A stretch of 36,821 bases of DNA, taken from NCBI GenBank assembly GCA_964645885.1, contig CAZYCO010000003.1:1372-38192 (forward strand). The letters are read 5' to 3'. How positions within the stretch are numbered: position 1 is the first letter of the stretch; every line of letters starts with the position of its first letter. This document shows positions 1 through 9,075 of the stretch, one piece after another. The notes under the pieces are model-generated. The model saw only the letters and a list, made by a program, of their open reading frames with translations, was not told where the DNA came from and searched no databases. The position numbers were made by a program, and so were the translations under genes. This stretch comes from an uncultured Gammaproteobacteria bacterium (GTDB lineage Bacteria; Pseudomonadota; Gammaproteobacteria; CAZYCO01).

Positions 1-1123
1 TAACAATACCTTGACCATATTGAGGGTTTTCAGCATTTAGTAAACGCTTGATCACTTCACGAACAAAATTATGATTGTTTGCAGCATACGCTTGTTTTAA
101 TACGTTGAAGAAAATATTAGCATTTACTTCTGGCTTATTGTTTTGTGTTTTTTCAAATAAAAAACCAATTAAATGAATATGATTATTACGTGCAATCAAC
201 TCCCAAACTGTTTCATCTTTATTAATAGTGCGGACTTCTAAGTCTGATTCTAATTCTACTAATTTTGCTTCATTACCACTTGCGGCATAGCAATGCACTA
301 AACGCCAAGGTAATGCGCGTTTACATTCAGCAACCATACCAATCATAAAATCGGCGGCTTTTGGATTGTTTTGCACCGCCCATTCAAACAAACACAAACC
401 ATCTTTATTACATACATTAAACATTAATTCTTCTTCTTGAATTAACGCATCTTTTAATGTTTCAAAATCACTGCTGTAAACAGCAAAAAATAATTTGATG
501 TGTTTTTCAGGTAGATGCATTAAGTTTTGGATTTCACTAAAGAAAATTGCATCAGTAATTGGTGCAAGATTATTATTATTGTTGTTATTGTTTTGAGGTG
601 TTTTTAGCGCTGAATAAACAATTAATAGTTTTTCAAACTCTTTATTTCCTTTAAATTCAGCAACGTCTTCAAGCTCACAAAGATGCGCCACCATCACTTC
701 ATAACATAAAACATTGCGTTGAATCGCTTCTACTATTTTATAGTAATGCCAGTAATTGAAAAAACCGTTTGCAATTGCGCGCTCTAATTCTTGTTTGCCA
801 AAAATTGTTTGAAGCAAGGTTGAATCTTGAATAGCAGGAATATCATTAAAATTAACTAAGTTATCGTGACACTGACATAATGCTTTAATTTCTTCGAGAA
901 AAGTTCTGAGTAAAGATAATTGTTCTTTGTGGTTACTTTCGATAATTGAATTTTTAGGAAATCTATTTGCTAATTTTTCTTCAATATCTGCAACTTGTTT
1001 TTTAATGTCTCCAATTAAATCTGTATGCGTTGCTCGATCACTGTACTTGTTTTTATATTCTTGATCGTCTGCACAAAATTCAAATTTAAAATGGCCAATT
1101 GGTTTTTTAACTATAGGTTTCAT
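1..1123 (-). CDS. Ankyrin-repeat-like hypothetical protein, candidate secreted effector; runs off the left window edge
   Basis: Hand translation: ATG at 1123, 374 codons open to the edge (MKPIVKKPIGHF...). Degenerate ankyrin-like units NKDGLCLFEWAVQNNPKAADFMI, LVHCYAASGNEAKLVEL and NKDETVWELIARNNHIHLIGFLF. Not in the supplied ORF track. Confidence 0.75.
   Translation of the reverse strand, partial: MKPIVKKPIGHFKFEFCADDQEYKNKYSDRATHTDLIGDIKKQVADIEEKLANRFPKNSIIESNHKEQLSLLRTFLEEIKALCQCHDNLVNFNDIPAIQDSTLLQTIFGKQELERAIANGFFNYWHYYKIVEAIQRNVLCYEVMVAHLCELEDVAEFKGNKEFEKLLIVYSALKTPQNNNNNNNNLAPITDAIFFSEIQNLMHLPEKHIKLFFAVYSSDFETLKDALIQEEELMFNVCNKDGLCLFEWAVQNNPKAADFMIGMVAECKRALPWRLVHCYAASGNEAKLVELESDLEVRTINKDETVWELIARNNHIHLIGFLFEKTQNNKPEVNANIFFNVLKQAYAANNHNFVREVIKRLLNAENPQYGQGIV
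569..592 (-). repeat. AAY trinucleotide tract encoding Asn8
   Basis: Minus strand reads AAC AAT AAC AAC AAT AAT AAT AAT, in frame within the ankyrin-like ORF. Confidence 0.85.
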
Positions 1124-1150
1124 AATTTAAACAACTTTCAATAAAATTTG

Positions 1151-1183
1151 ATTTTACAATTTAAATTTTAACGATTTATTAAC
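1151..1183 (-). promoter_or_regulatory. Putative PmrA-type direct repeat plus -10 element
   Basis: Minus strand GTTAATAAA-TC-GTTAAAATT-N7-TAAAAT, resembling the Legionella/Coxiella PmrA element cTTAATatT-N2-cTTAATatT upstream of a -10 box. The AT-rich context allows chance matches. Confidence 0.4.
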
Positions 1184-1207
1184 AATTCATTTTTCGGATA
1201 CGGTTTT

Positions 1208-1228
1208 GTAGGGTGGGCAAAACCAGCC
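1208..1228 (+). repeat. Degenerate GTAG-type REP-like element
   Basis: GTAGGGTGGGCAAAACCAGCC: GTAG tetranucleotide followed by an imperfect GC-rich palindrome in an AT-rich spacer. Confidence 0.3.
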
Positions 1229-1236
1229 GTCATTTC

Positions 1237-1272
1237 GTGTCAAAAACTCAAAGTTCAGTTAAACTTCGCGCC
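1237..1272 (+). promoter_or_regulatory. Putative sigma70 promoter of fumC
   Basis: GTGTCA-17 bp-TAAACT followed by GC-rich TCGCGCC; AAGGA ribosome-binding site before the ATG at 1305. Confidence 0.35.
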
Positions 1273-1304
1273 ATTTTTTTAAGCATTAATTAAGGAAAAA
1301 CGTC

Positions 1305-2720
1305 ATGTCTTCTCAATCAAAAACAACGCGTATCGAAACTGATAGCATGGGCGAAATTGAAGTCCATGATGATCATTATTGGGGCGCGCAAACCGAACGT
1401 TCGTTACACCATTTTGCTATTGGCGATCCACATGTCGATCGCATGCCTAGGGAAGTAATTCACGCGTTAGCGCTACTTAAAAAAGCTGCCGCTAAAGCAA
1501 ATAGCCAATTAGGACTGTTATCCCAAGAAAAGTGCGATTTAATTTCTCGCGCTGCTGATGAAATTATTGAAGGTAAATTAGACAATCATTTTCCACTACG
1601 TGTGTGGCAAACTGGTAGCGGGACACAAACCAACATGAACACCAATGAAGTTATCTCAAATCGAGCAATCGAGATGGCTGGCGGCCAAAAAGGTTCAAAA
1701 ACCCCTATTCATCCCAACGATGATGTCAATAAATCGCAATCTTCAAACGATACATTTCCAACAGCGATGAACATTGCAGCTATTATTGCAATTAAAAAGC
1801 TATTAATTCCGCAAGTTAATGAATTACGAAACGCTTTAGAAAAAAAGCAAAAAGAATTTGCTGATATCATTAAAATTGGCCGTACGCATTTACAAGATGC
1901 TGTTCCACTTACGCTTGGCCAAGAATTTTCCGGTTATGTTGCGCAACTTGATGCGTGTTTAACTTACATCAACGATACACTTCCTGCTTTATATGAACTC
2001 GCAATAGGTGGTACGGCTGTAGGTACAGGTTTAAATGCACCGCCTAAATTTGCAGAACTCACTTGTAAGTTTATTGATGAAGCAACTGGTTTACCGTTTG
2101 TTCCTGCTAAAAATAAATTCGCAGCACTTGCGGCACACGATGGTTTAGTCGCAATGAGTGGGATGTTAAAAACGTTAGCGACTGCGTTAATGAAAATTGC
2201 AAACGATATTCGTTGGTTAGGTTCAGGCCCACGTTGTGGTTTAGGTGAATTGCAATTACCAGAAAATGAACCTGGTTCATCCATCATGCCAGGTAAAGTT
2301 AATCCAACTCAAAGCGAAGCAATGACCATGGTTTGCATTCAAGTAATGGGTAATGACGTTGCTATTGGTGTTGCAGGTTCGCAAGGAAATTTTGAATTGA
2401 ATGTGTTTAAACCAGTCATGATTTTCAATCTAATTAATTCCGTACGATTACTATCTGATTCTTGCCGTCAATTCAGATTACATTGTGTTGATGGTTTACA
2501 AGTAAATCGTGATCGTATCGATTCTTATGTTAAAAATTCATTGATGTTAGTAACCGCATTGAATCCACATATTGGTTATGACAAAGCAGCTAAAATTGCG
2601 AAGAAAGCATTCATTGATAACACATCGCTAAAAGAAGCTGCTTTAGCATTAAATTATTTAACAGCAGAACAATTCGATAAAATTGTGGATCCTAAGCTAA
2701 TGCTGGGGCCTCATGATTAA
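1305..2720 (+). CDS. fumC: Fumarate hydratase class II
   Basis: [40 protein letters not shown] and [11 protein letters not shown] signature motifs. Confidence 0.98.
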   Translation: MSSQSKTTRIETDSMGEIEVHDDHYWGAQTERSLHHFAIGDPHVDRMPREVIHALALLKKAAAKANSQLGLLSQEKCDLISRAADEIIEGKLDNHFPLRVWQTGSGTQTNMNTNEVISNRAIEMAGGQKGSKTPIHPNDDVNKSQSSNDTFPTAMNIAAIIAIKKLLIPQVNELRNALEKKQKEFADIIKIGRTHLQDAVPLTLGQEFSGYVAQLDACLTYINDTLPALYELAIGGTAVGTGLNAPPKFAELTCKFIDEATGLPFVPAKNKFAALAAHDGLVAMSGMLKTLATALMKIANDIRWLGSGPRCGLGELQLPENEPGSSIMPGKVNPTQSEAMTMVCIQVMGNDVAIGVAGSQGNFELNVFKPVMIFNLINSVRLLSDSCRQFRLHCVDGLQVNRDRIDSYVKNSLMLVTALNPHIGYDKAAKIAKKAFIDNTSLKEAALALNYLTAEQFDKIVDPKLMLGPHD

Positions 2721-3645
2721 CTGCTGATGATGTTTTCTCTGGTGAAGTTTCTTCATCAGAGAAAATTTCAAATAAATATTCCAATAATGCGTTTATCGTT
2801 CCAGTCATAATCACAAAACTAGCATCAAATCGATCGTTTTCAGTTTCACTAAAAGCGTCATGTGCCATTTCTTTAACTGATTCTAAATATTTAATATTTT
2901 TCAACGAAAAATCATCGACTAAAACAAAACTCACTTGTTCTTGCCAAGTTAATGCAACTTGAATCACTGAAAAATTTTCTTTCAAAAATGTTTGTACACT
3001 TTCAGCAAACAAATCTTGATTTTGGCAGCGAATTTTTCCTTGTTGTTGTTGATTGTTTTGCAATAAACATTGATCACTAATTTGCAATTCACTTGTTGGC
3101 GCTTGATTTTTTAACCAACGCGTCATGATTAAAGAAGGAGTAATGACTTCTGGGAATGATAATTTCAAACTACCTAATGCTTTTCTTAAAGTAGAAATAA
3201 AAAACTCTGCTTTAGTTTTTGCTGGCACATTAATTAACAGTCTATCGGTTTTGGTATCGAAATACGCATAAATTAAACTGGTTTTACTAAATGCTCTTGG
3301 CAATAAAGAAAAATAAATTTCTTCTTTCAATGCTATTTTTTCTTTTTTTCCTACTTTACGTTGCTGTTCAATTTCAATTTGAGTAACGCGTTTTTGTACT
3401 TCATCTCGTACTACTGTTGCTGGTAACAATTTTTCTTCGATCTTTAAACAAATCATCATCATGCCATTTGCAGCATAAACTAATGGCGCACCAATTTGAT
3501 TTTGTGGCGATGTCCATCCTGCGCTAACAAATGTATGACTATCACAAGGTTGGAAAGCGTGATCTTCTAAGCGACTAATAAGAGCATCCGGTTGATAAGG
3601 CATTGGTTCATCAAGTTGATAAATACATAAATTTCTAAACCACAT
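2692..3645 (-). CDS. rdgC: Recombination-associated protein RdgC
   Basis: [12 protein letters not shown]-terminus, [17 protein letters not shown] and LRKALGSL motifs. Start moved to ATG 3645, which has an AGGAGAG RBS. Confidence 0.93.
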   Translation of the reverse strand: MWFRNLCIYQLDEPMPYQPDALISRLEDHAFQPCDSHTFVSAGWTSPQNQIGAPLVYAANGMMMICLKIEEKLLPATVVRDEVQKRVTQIEIEQQRKVGKKEKIALKEEIYFSLLPRAFSKTSLIYAYFDTKTDRLLINVPAKTKAEFFISTLRKALGSLKLSFPEVITPSLIMTRWLKNQAPTSELQISDQCLLQNNQQQQGKIRCQNQDLFAESVQTFLKENFSVIQVALTWQEQVSFVLVDDFSLKNIKYLESVKEMAHDAFSETENDRFDASFVIMTGTINALLEYLFEIFSDEETSPEKTSSAVNHEAPALA

Positions 3646-3817
3646 AGCTACTCTCCTAGAAGCTTGATTTGAAAAAAGCGCGAGCCTAACAAAAAAGATT
3701 TTTGATTGCATGAAGAAAAAGATTTAAAAACTAGGGAAATCCCCGATTATTTTTCAGTCCACATCTTTTTACCGTCTGCCGCCTTTCGGACGGGCTTAAC
3801 TTACAAGGAAGAAACCC

Positions 3818-4051
3818 ATGCTTATATTGACAAGGACCATTGGAGAGAAAATCCAAATAGGCGATGACATCACTGTCACCGTTCTCAATCGTCGCGGTAA
3901 TCATATTGTTCTGGGTATTGATGCCCCCCGAGAAATCTCAATTAAACGTACCGAGTTATGTGATACACCAGCTACTAAGTCTCCCGCAAAAAAAATGTCT
4001 ACCCGCAAACCACTGGAACACCCAACTGATTCTAGTGTTCACGCGTCCTAA
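3818..4051 (+). CDS. csrA: CsrA/RsmA-family RNA-binding protein, divergent paralog
   Basis: MLILTRTIGEKIQIGDDITVTVL...LGIDAPREISIKRTEL aligns without gaps to CsrA, with R44 retained; AAGGA RBS. Confidence 0.88.
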   Translation: MLILTRTIGEKIQIGDDITVTVLNRRGNHIVLGIDAPREISIKRTELCDTPATKSPAKKMSTRKPLEHPTDSSVHAS

Positions 4052-4058
4052 ATGTATT

Positions 4059-4078
4059 GGGCTTTAAGGAAAGAGCCC
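4059..4078 (+). other. Stem-loop 3' of csrA with an AAGGAA loop (terminator-like or CsrA-site-like)
   Basis: GGGCTTT-AAGGAA-AGAGCCC, a 7-bp stem with one G.U pair and no U-tract on the + strand. Confidence 0.45.
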
Positions 4079-4154
4079 CATTCAAAAAATAGTTGCAATC
4101 TCTCGTCAAAATAAGCGATGTTTTAGTTCAAATTAACTAACGTCGTGAACCCAA

Positions 4155-4742
4155 ATGAAAATCGTTTTAGCCTCAAATAATCTTCGTAAACTCGATGAAA
4201 TAAATGCCTTTTTTAAAAATTCGCCTTATCAATTTATTTCTCAAGCAAGTTTAAACGTCAGTGAAATTCCAGAAACCGGATTAAGCTTCGTTGAAAATGC
4301 TATTTTAAAAGCACGTAATGCTTCACAACAAACGCAACTACCTGCTATTGCAGATGATTCTGGCTTAGTTGTTGACGCGCTATTGGGCGCTCCAGGCATT
4401 TATTCCGCACGTTATGCTGGTGACAAAGCGAGCGATAGGCAAAATATAGAAAAACTATTAGACGCGCTAAAAGACACCTCAGATGAAAACCGTAGCGCAC
4501 ATTTTCGCTGTGCCATTGTTTATGTTGCTCATGCTAGAGATCCTGTACCTATTATTTGTGAAGGGATATGGGATGGAAAAATATTATTTCAACCGCAGGG
4601 CGAGCATGGATTTGGTTATGATCCAATTTTTTATGTACCAACACATCAATGTGCTGCCGCAGAATTGTCTATAACCGAAAAAAATAAAATTAGTCATCGA
4701 GGTTTGGCATTGCAGTGTTTAAAGGAAAAGTTATTTCGATGA
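4155..4742 (+). CDS. rdgB: Non-canonical purine NTP pyrophosphatase (RdgB/HAM1 family)
   Basis: LASNN, ETGLSFVENAILKA, ADDSGL, PGIYSARYAG, GFGYDPIF and KNKISHRG motifs. Confidence 0.97.
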   Translation: MKIVLASNNLRKLDEINAFFKNSPYQFISQASLNVSEIPETGLSFVENAILKARNASQQTQLPAIADDSGLVVDALLGAPGIYSARYAGDKASDRQNIEKLLDALKDTSDENRSAHFRCAIVYVAHARDPVPIICEGIWDGKILFQPQGEHGFGYDPIFYVPTHQCAAAELSITEKNKISHRGLALQCLKEKLFR

Positions 4743-6442
4743 ATTCTTTAATTCAACAAGCAATTGAACATCATCAAAAAGGCGAATTAGACCAAGCTAA
4801 AAATTTTTACGATCAAATTTTAAAAGATGATCCAAATAATCATGAAGCGATGTTTGGTATAGGCATGATCGCTGCGCAACAAAAACAATTTGATGTTGCA
4901 ATTGAATGGTTAGAACATGCAATTGCGCTTAATCCTAAAATTACCAAATACCAATTTAATCTAGCCAATATTTTTTTAGAACAAAATCAATTTGAGCAAG
5001 CTAAAAAGTACTATGAAAATGTTATTTCACTTGATCAACAAAATGCGGAAAGCTGGAACAATCTTGCAAATTTATATGTAAAACAAAACAACCTACAACC
5101 AGCATTAAAATGCTACGCTCAAGCAGTCAAGATTAAACCTGAATATATTGAAGCCCATTATAATTTAGGTTTGTTACTGATGAAGTTACAAAAAATCCCC
5201 GAAGCGATTATTCAATTTAAAAATGTAATTGCCTTATTTCCAGATGCATTTAATGCAAATTATCAACTTGCGAACTTATATTTATTAGAAGACAAATTAG
5301 ATGAAGCTGAAAAACATTATAAAAAACTATTAGAAATTGATTCTGAATTTTCTTATGGATTAAACAATTTAGGTGTGATTGCACTTCGACGCCATCAAGG
5401 TCAATTAGCAATTGATTATTTTGCTAAAGCCTATGCATATGATGCAAAAAATTATGAAGCATTAAATAATTTAGCCGCAACGTTCTTACAGTATGATCGT
5501 TTTGAAAATGCTGTTACTCATTATGAAGAATATTTAAAAATCTTTCCTGACGATTTAGAAGCAAATTTTAATATTGGTGTAGCAGAAATGGCACAAGGTC
5601 ATTTGCAAAAAGCAATTGGACACTTTAAAAAAATATTAGATAAACATCCTGATAATATAAATACCCTAATCAATATTGGTTCTGTTTATTTGAAATTAGA
5701 ACAACGTGAAATTGCAGCACAATATTTTGCGCAAGCGCAGCAATTACAACCTGATAATAAAATGATTCAATATATGTTAGATGCAATTGCCGAAAAAACT
5801 GAATTTAAACAAGCGCCAGATGATTATGTAAAAAATCTATTTGATCATTATGCATTTCAATTTGAACAACATTTAAAACAATTGTCTTATCAAGCACCAG
5901 GATTATTGAAAAAACAAATCCAAACACTTTATTCACCTCAAGATAAACAATGGCTTATTTTGGATTTAGGTTGCGGCACTGGGTTAGTTGGTATTGAGTT
6001 TCATCGTTTCGCACAAAAATTAATTGGTGTCGATATTTCAGAAAAAATGCTTACGGAAGCAAAACGTAAAAATATTTACGATCAATTAATTGATGCAAGC
6101 ATTCAAGACTATTTTATTCATCATCAAGATAAATTTAATTTGATCATTGCAGCGGATGTATTTTGTTATTTTGGCGATTTAACAACTGTGTTTCAGCAAA
6201 TGACCGCGCATTTATTAGATAATGGAATAATTGCGTTAACAGACGAAAAAAACAGTGATCAAAATGTAGATTTTAAATTACAAGGTTCTGCACGCTTTGC
6301 ACATAGTGAAAATTATATACGCTCACTTGCTGCAGCAAATAATTTACAAATTAAACTATTAGAAACTGTAAGTTACAGAAAACAAGAACAACAGGATGTT
6401 CAAAGTTTATTGGTTATTATGCAAAAACCTACCCGACATTAA
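4739..6442 (+). CDS. TPR-repeat protein with C-terminal class I SAM-dependent methyltransferase
   Basis: About 10 TPR-like repeats, then YVKNLFDHYA, ILDLGCGTG, GVDISEKML, AADVFCYFGDL and RFAHS motifs. The start at 4739 overlaps the rdgB stop (ATGA). Confidence 0.9.
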   Translation: MNSLIQQAIEHHQKGELDQAKNFYDQILKDDPNNHEAMFGIGMIAAQQKQFDVAIEWLEHAIALNPKITKYQFNLANIFLEQNQFEQAKKYYENVISLDQQNAESWNNLANLYVKQNNLQPALKCYAQAVKIKPEYIEAHYNLGLLLMKLQKIPEAIIQFKNVIALFPDAFNANYQLANLYLLEDKLDEAEKHYKKLLEIDSEFSYGLNNLGVIALRRHQGQLAIDYFAKAYAYDAKNYEALNNLAATFLQYDRFENAVTHYEEYLKIFPDDLEANFNIGVAEMAQGHLQKAIGHFKKILDKHPDNINTLINIGSVYLKLEQREIAAQYFAQAQQLQPDNKMIQYMLDAIAEKTEFKQAPDDYVKNLFDHYAFQFEQHLKQLSYQAPGLLKKQIQTLYSPQDKQWLILDLGCGTGLVGIEFHRFAQKLIGVDISEKMLTEAKRKNIYDQLIDASIQDYFIHHQDKFNLIIAADVFCYFGDLTTVFQQMTAHLLDNGIIALTDEKNSDQNVDFKLQGSARFAHSENYIRSLAAANNLQIKLLETVSYRKQEQQDVQSLLVIMQKPTRH

Positions 6443-8661
6443 TTATCGTAATTTAGGATTTTCAATTGTTCTAATCCAATTCCAAGTTTTCGATTATCTG
6501 TTGTTGCTGCTATTTCACTTGGCGCTGTTGGTCTTGGAACAATAATTTCAATTGTTTTAGCATTTTCTTTATTCAACTTAAATCTAAGAAAAAATTTTTT
6601 AAGATGATCTTTAGGTATAAAAAAGTTAGTTTGATCACCAATTTTAACTATTATTTTCTGCCCAACATTTGGACCAAATGCTTGTGCTCTTAACATTAAA
6701 ATAAAGTCTTTAGGCAATGTTTTTTTTAAGATGATTTTTAATGTAGGTGCGTTATTTGCATCTGACCAGCGGCCCCAAACTTCTACATTGTCAGATAAAC
6801 CTTCAATTTCCTTAACAAAAGAAGGTATTTCAGGTTGTCTAAAATCGATACCATCTCGGATAGTTGCAACAGATGGCGCATTTAGTATTTTTTTTATCTG
6901 TTCTAAATCATATTTTTTAGTTTCTTTATCTTCTGGCAATATAAATAAAACCAAATGCCCATCATTACTTACGACTTTTTTTGTTTTACCAATTAACTTT
7001 GATAATTCTTTTTCTATTTCCACACCATGATCACCATAACCACGTCGATCAACATAAATAGCGTTAAAACCAAGTAATTTAATAATTTTTATTTGCAACG
7101 GTAATTCTTTTCTAGACAATGCAATAAAAAATTTATCTCCGTCTCTTCCTTTCATTCCAGCGTAGCTCCACTTCAAATGCCTAGAATGAATATATCCTTT
7201 TGCTAAACCATACGTTTGCAAATCATATTGCGGTGGAACTTCTGGAAAAGATAAATATGGAAACTGATAAATTGCTGAACCCAACGGCAAAGTTTGTTCA
7301 ACTTGCTGAATAAAATTTTGATCGCTTACAAATTCTGCACGAATATTATTAGAGTAAGTTTGAGAATGCGGAACCGTTTGATCCCAAAGCCCAAATAAAA
7401 TTAATGTAGCCCCCGCAAATAATCCAACATATTTAGAATCAAATTTTTGCTTTAAATAAATATCAATTAACAACATTAAAGTTGTAATAGACATGAAAGC
7501 AATAAATAAACTAATACGATTCCAACCGCGAATTAATGAGGTGATAAAAAATGAAAATAAAGATGAGAAGCCGCCAATTGTTGCGCAAAGCACTAACACT
7601 AAAGTAATGGAAGCTAAAATAACAACTTGCTGGTTTATTTTCTCTTTTGGTTTTCGCACCAAAAGAACGCCCATCATTATTAAAAATCCAACATCACCTA
7701 ACAAACCTAGGGTCGCAGTTTTATTTTCATTTACTAATGGAAAAGATGAGATATAACGACGTGTAATTTTTTCAAATTTTTTAAGTCTGTGTTCGGGGCG
7801 AGGTAAAAGTAGTTGAGTGATCTTCAATCCATATAATTCGGCATCACACTTTTGTCGTACAATTGCGCCTGGATTTTTTCCATGTACAACTTGATAAACA
7901 GCTTTTGGTATTAAATTTAATCCCACGCCTAAAGAGACAATACTAATTGCTATTATTGCTGCTACTAAATTAGTCCATGTTTGTTGTTGAAAAGAAGCAA
8001 TAGCTCCTGCAGTAAAAAACATTAGAACACCAAAAAATGCAAAATAAACGCCAAACGAAGACAAGCACAACAATACTATTGCATGAAAAATTTTTGCACG
8101 TAGTGACATTTGAAAAAAAAGAGGCGGTGTAGAAAAAATTTTTAAGCTATACCAAGTAAAAATAGGAACTGTGAAATACCAAGTATAAAAAAGATGTTCT
8201 AAACGGAGAAAATGAAAAGGAAGAAAAGTAAAAAGAATGGAGCCAACAACACTAAAAATTTTTGAAATATTAAAATGACGTAAAATATAAAAAGTAACGA
8301 TAGAAGTTACAAAAAAACTTAATAGAAAATAAATATTATATGTTTTTACTGCGTTCGCTGTTATTAAACCTATTATTTTTAATACAACTAAATTTAAAAA
8401 ATCTGAATTCGCATAATCATAAAGTTCTGAGCTAAATGGATACCCCAATGCAGTATTATTTAAATACCAAACACCATCTATTAATCGTTTGATTAATAAC
8501 AAACAAAACTGACCATCACCGCCGCCATAAATAAATGGGATATTGAATGAAACTTGTGCGCCGCCTAATAAATCCCAAGCAAAATAAACGCAAAATATTC
8601 CTAAAAAAATAGCGATTACTGCTTCATGCCATAGTGCTTTCTTTATTTTGGCTTTTAACAT
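6439..8661 (-). CDS. Polytopic membrane protein, probable GT-C-fold glycosyltransferase with a C-terminal domain resembling the OpgB/MdoB tail
   Basis: About 11-12 hydrophobic segments, an early loop containing GGGDG, then a soluble C-terminal region with WGRWSDA...LPKDFIL...AQAFGPN...RKLGIGL. Adjacent to a GtrA gene. The function is inferred. Confidence 0.65.
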   Translation of the reverse strand: MLKAKIKKALWHEAVIAIFLGIFCVYFAWDLLGGAQVSFNIPFIYGGGDGQFCLLLIKRLIDGVWYLNNTALGYPFSSELYDYANSDFLNLVVLKIIGLITANAVKTYNIYFLLSFFVTSIVTFYILRHFNISKIFSVVGSILFTFLPFHFLRLEHLFYTWYFTVPIFTWYSLKIFSTPPLFFQMSLRAKIFHAIVLLCLSSFGVYFAFFGVLMFFTAGAIASFQQQTWTNLVAAIIAISIVSLGVGLNLIPKAVYQVVHGKNPGAIVRQKCDAELYGLKITQLLLPRPEHRLKKFEKITRRYISSFPLVNENKTATLGLLGDVGFLIMMGVLLVRKPKEKINQQVVILASITLVLVLCATIGGFSSLFSFFITSLIRGWNRISLFIAFMSITTLMLLIDIYLKQKFDSKYVGLFAGATLILFGLWDQTVPHSQTYSNNIRAEFVSDQNFIQQVEQTLPLGSAIYQFPYLSFPEVPPQYDLQTYGLAKGYIHSRHLKWSYAGMKGRDGDKFFIALSRKELPLQIKIIKLLGFNAIYVDRRGYGDHGVEIEKELSKLIGKTKKVVSNDGHLVLFILPEDKETKKYDLEQIKKILNAPSVATIRDGIDFRQPEIPSFVKEIEGLSDNVEVWGRWSDANNAPTLKIILKKTLPKDFILMLRAQAFGPNVGQKIIVKIGDQTNFFIPKDHLKKFFLRFKLNKENAKTIEIIVPRPTAPSEIAATTDNRKLGIGLEQLKILNYDN

Positions 8662-8669
8662 TTCATTTC

Positions 8670-9065
8670 CTATAGATTTTTAGTCAATACTTTTCGACTT
8701 AATATAAATGTAATTGGAATAGTTATGATGATTGCAGCAATTGGCGCGAATGCTTTATTGAAACCAAACAATTGCACCCAAAGCGATATAACAACTAAAC
8801 CTAATACATATTGAATTAAATAAACCAGAGGAAACAAAGCAAATGTAGATAGTTGCTTCTTACTACGAAATACGAATTTACAATTCAAATAGTAAGCAAG
8901 CACAACACCGACAATAAAAGAAATGCTGTAGCTTATTTTGTAAGGAATAATTTCAATGAGAATTAAATATAAAATATAAGTAACAACAAAATTAAACCCA
9001 CCAGATAATAAGAAGCGAAGAAATTCTTGCTGTTTATCTGTTTTATAAAATAATGTTTTCATCAT
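8670..9065 (-). CDS. GtrA-family lipid-linked sugar flippase
   Basis: 131 aa with four TM segments; FLRFLLSGGFN and YYLNCKFVF patterns typical of GtrA. Confidence 0.88.
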   Translation of the reverse strand: MMKTLFYKTDKQQEFLRFLLSGGFNFVVTYILYLILIEIIPYKISYSISFIVGVVLAYYLNCKFVFRSKKQLSTFALFPLVYLIQYVLGLVVISLWVQLFGFNKAFAPIAAIIITIPITFILSRKVLTKNL

Positions 9066-9075
9066 CGATCACTTT

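Noticed and set aside
3646-3711. Longer N-termini given by the track for rdgC, and likewise for the TPR protein, etfB, comEA, atpB and parB
   Set aside because: Downstream ATGs match family N-termini and/or have an RBS or a stop-start overlap.
3732-3746. TAGGGAAATCCCCGA as a LetA/GacA binding box
   Set aside because: Imperfect palindrome that does not match TNAGAAATTTCTNA or TGTAAG-N6-CTTACA; it may be an operator but this is unsupported.
6720-8120. 8-nt A/T homopolymers in the GT-C-like gene as phase-variation tracts
   Set aside because: Similar runs occur in atpI and in intergenic DNA of this AT-rich window, and the reading frame is intact.
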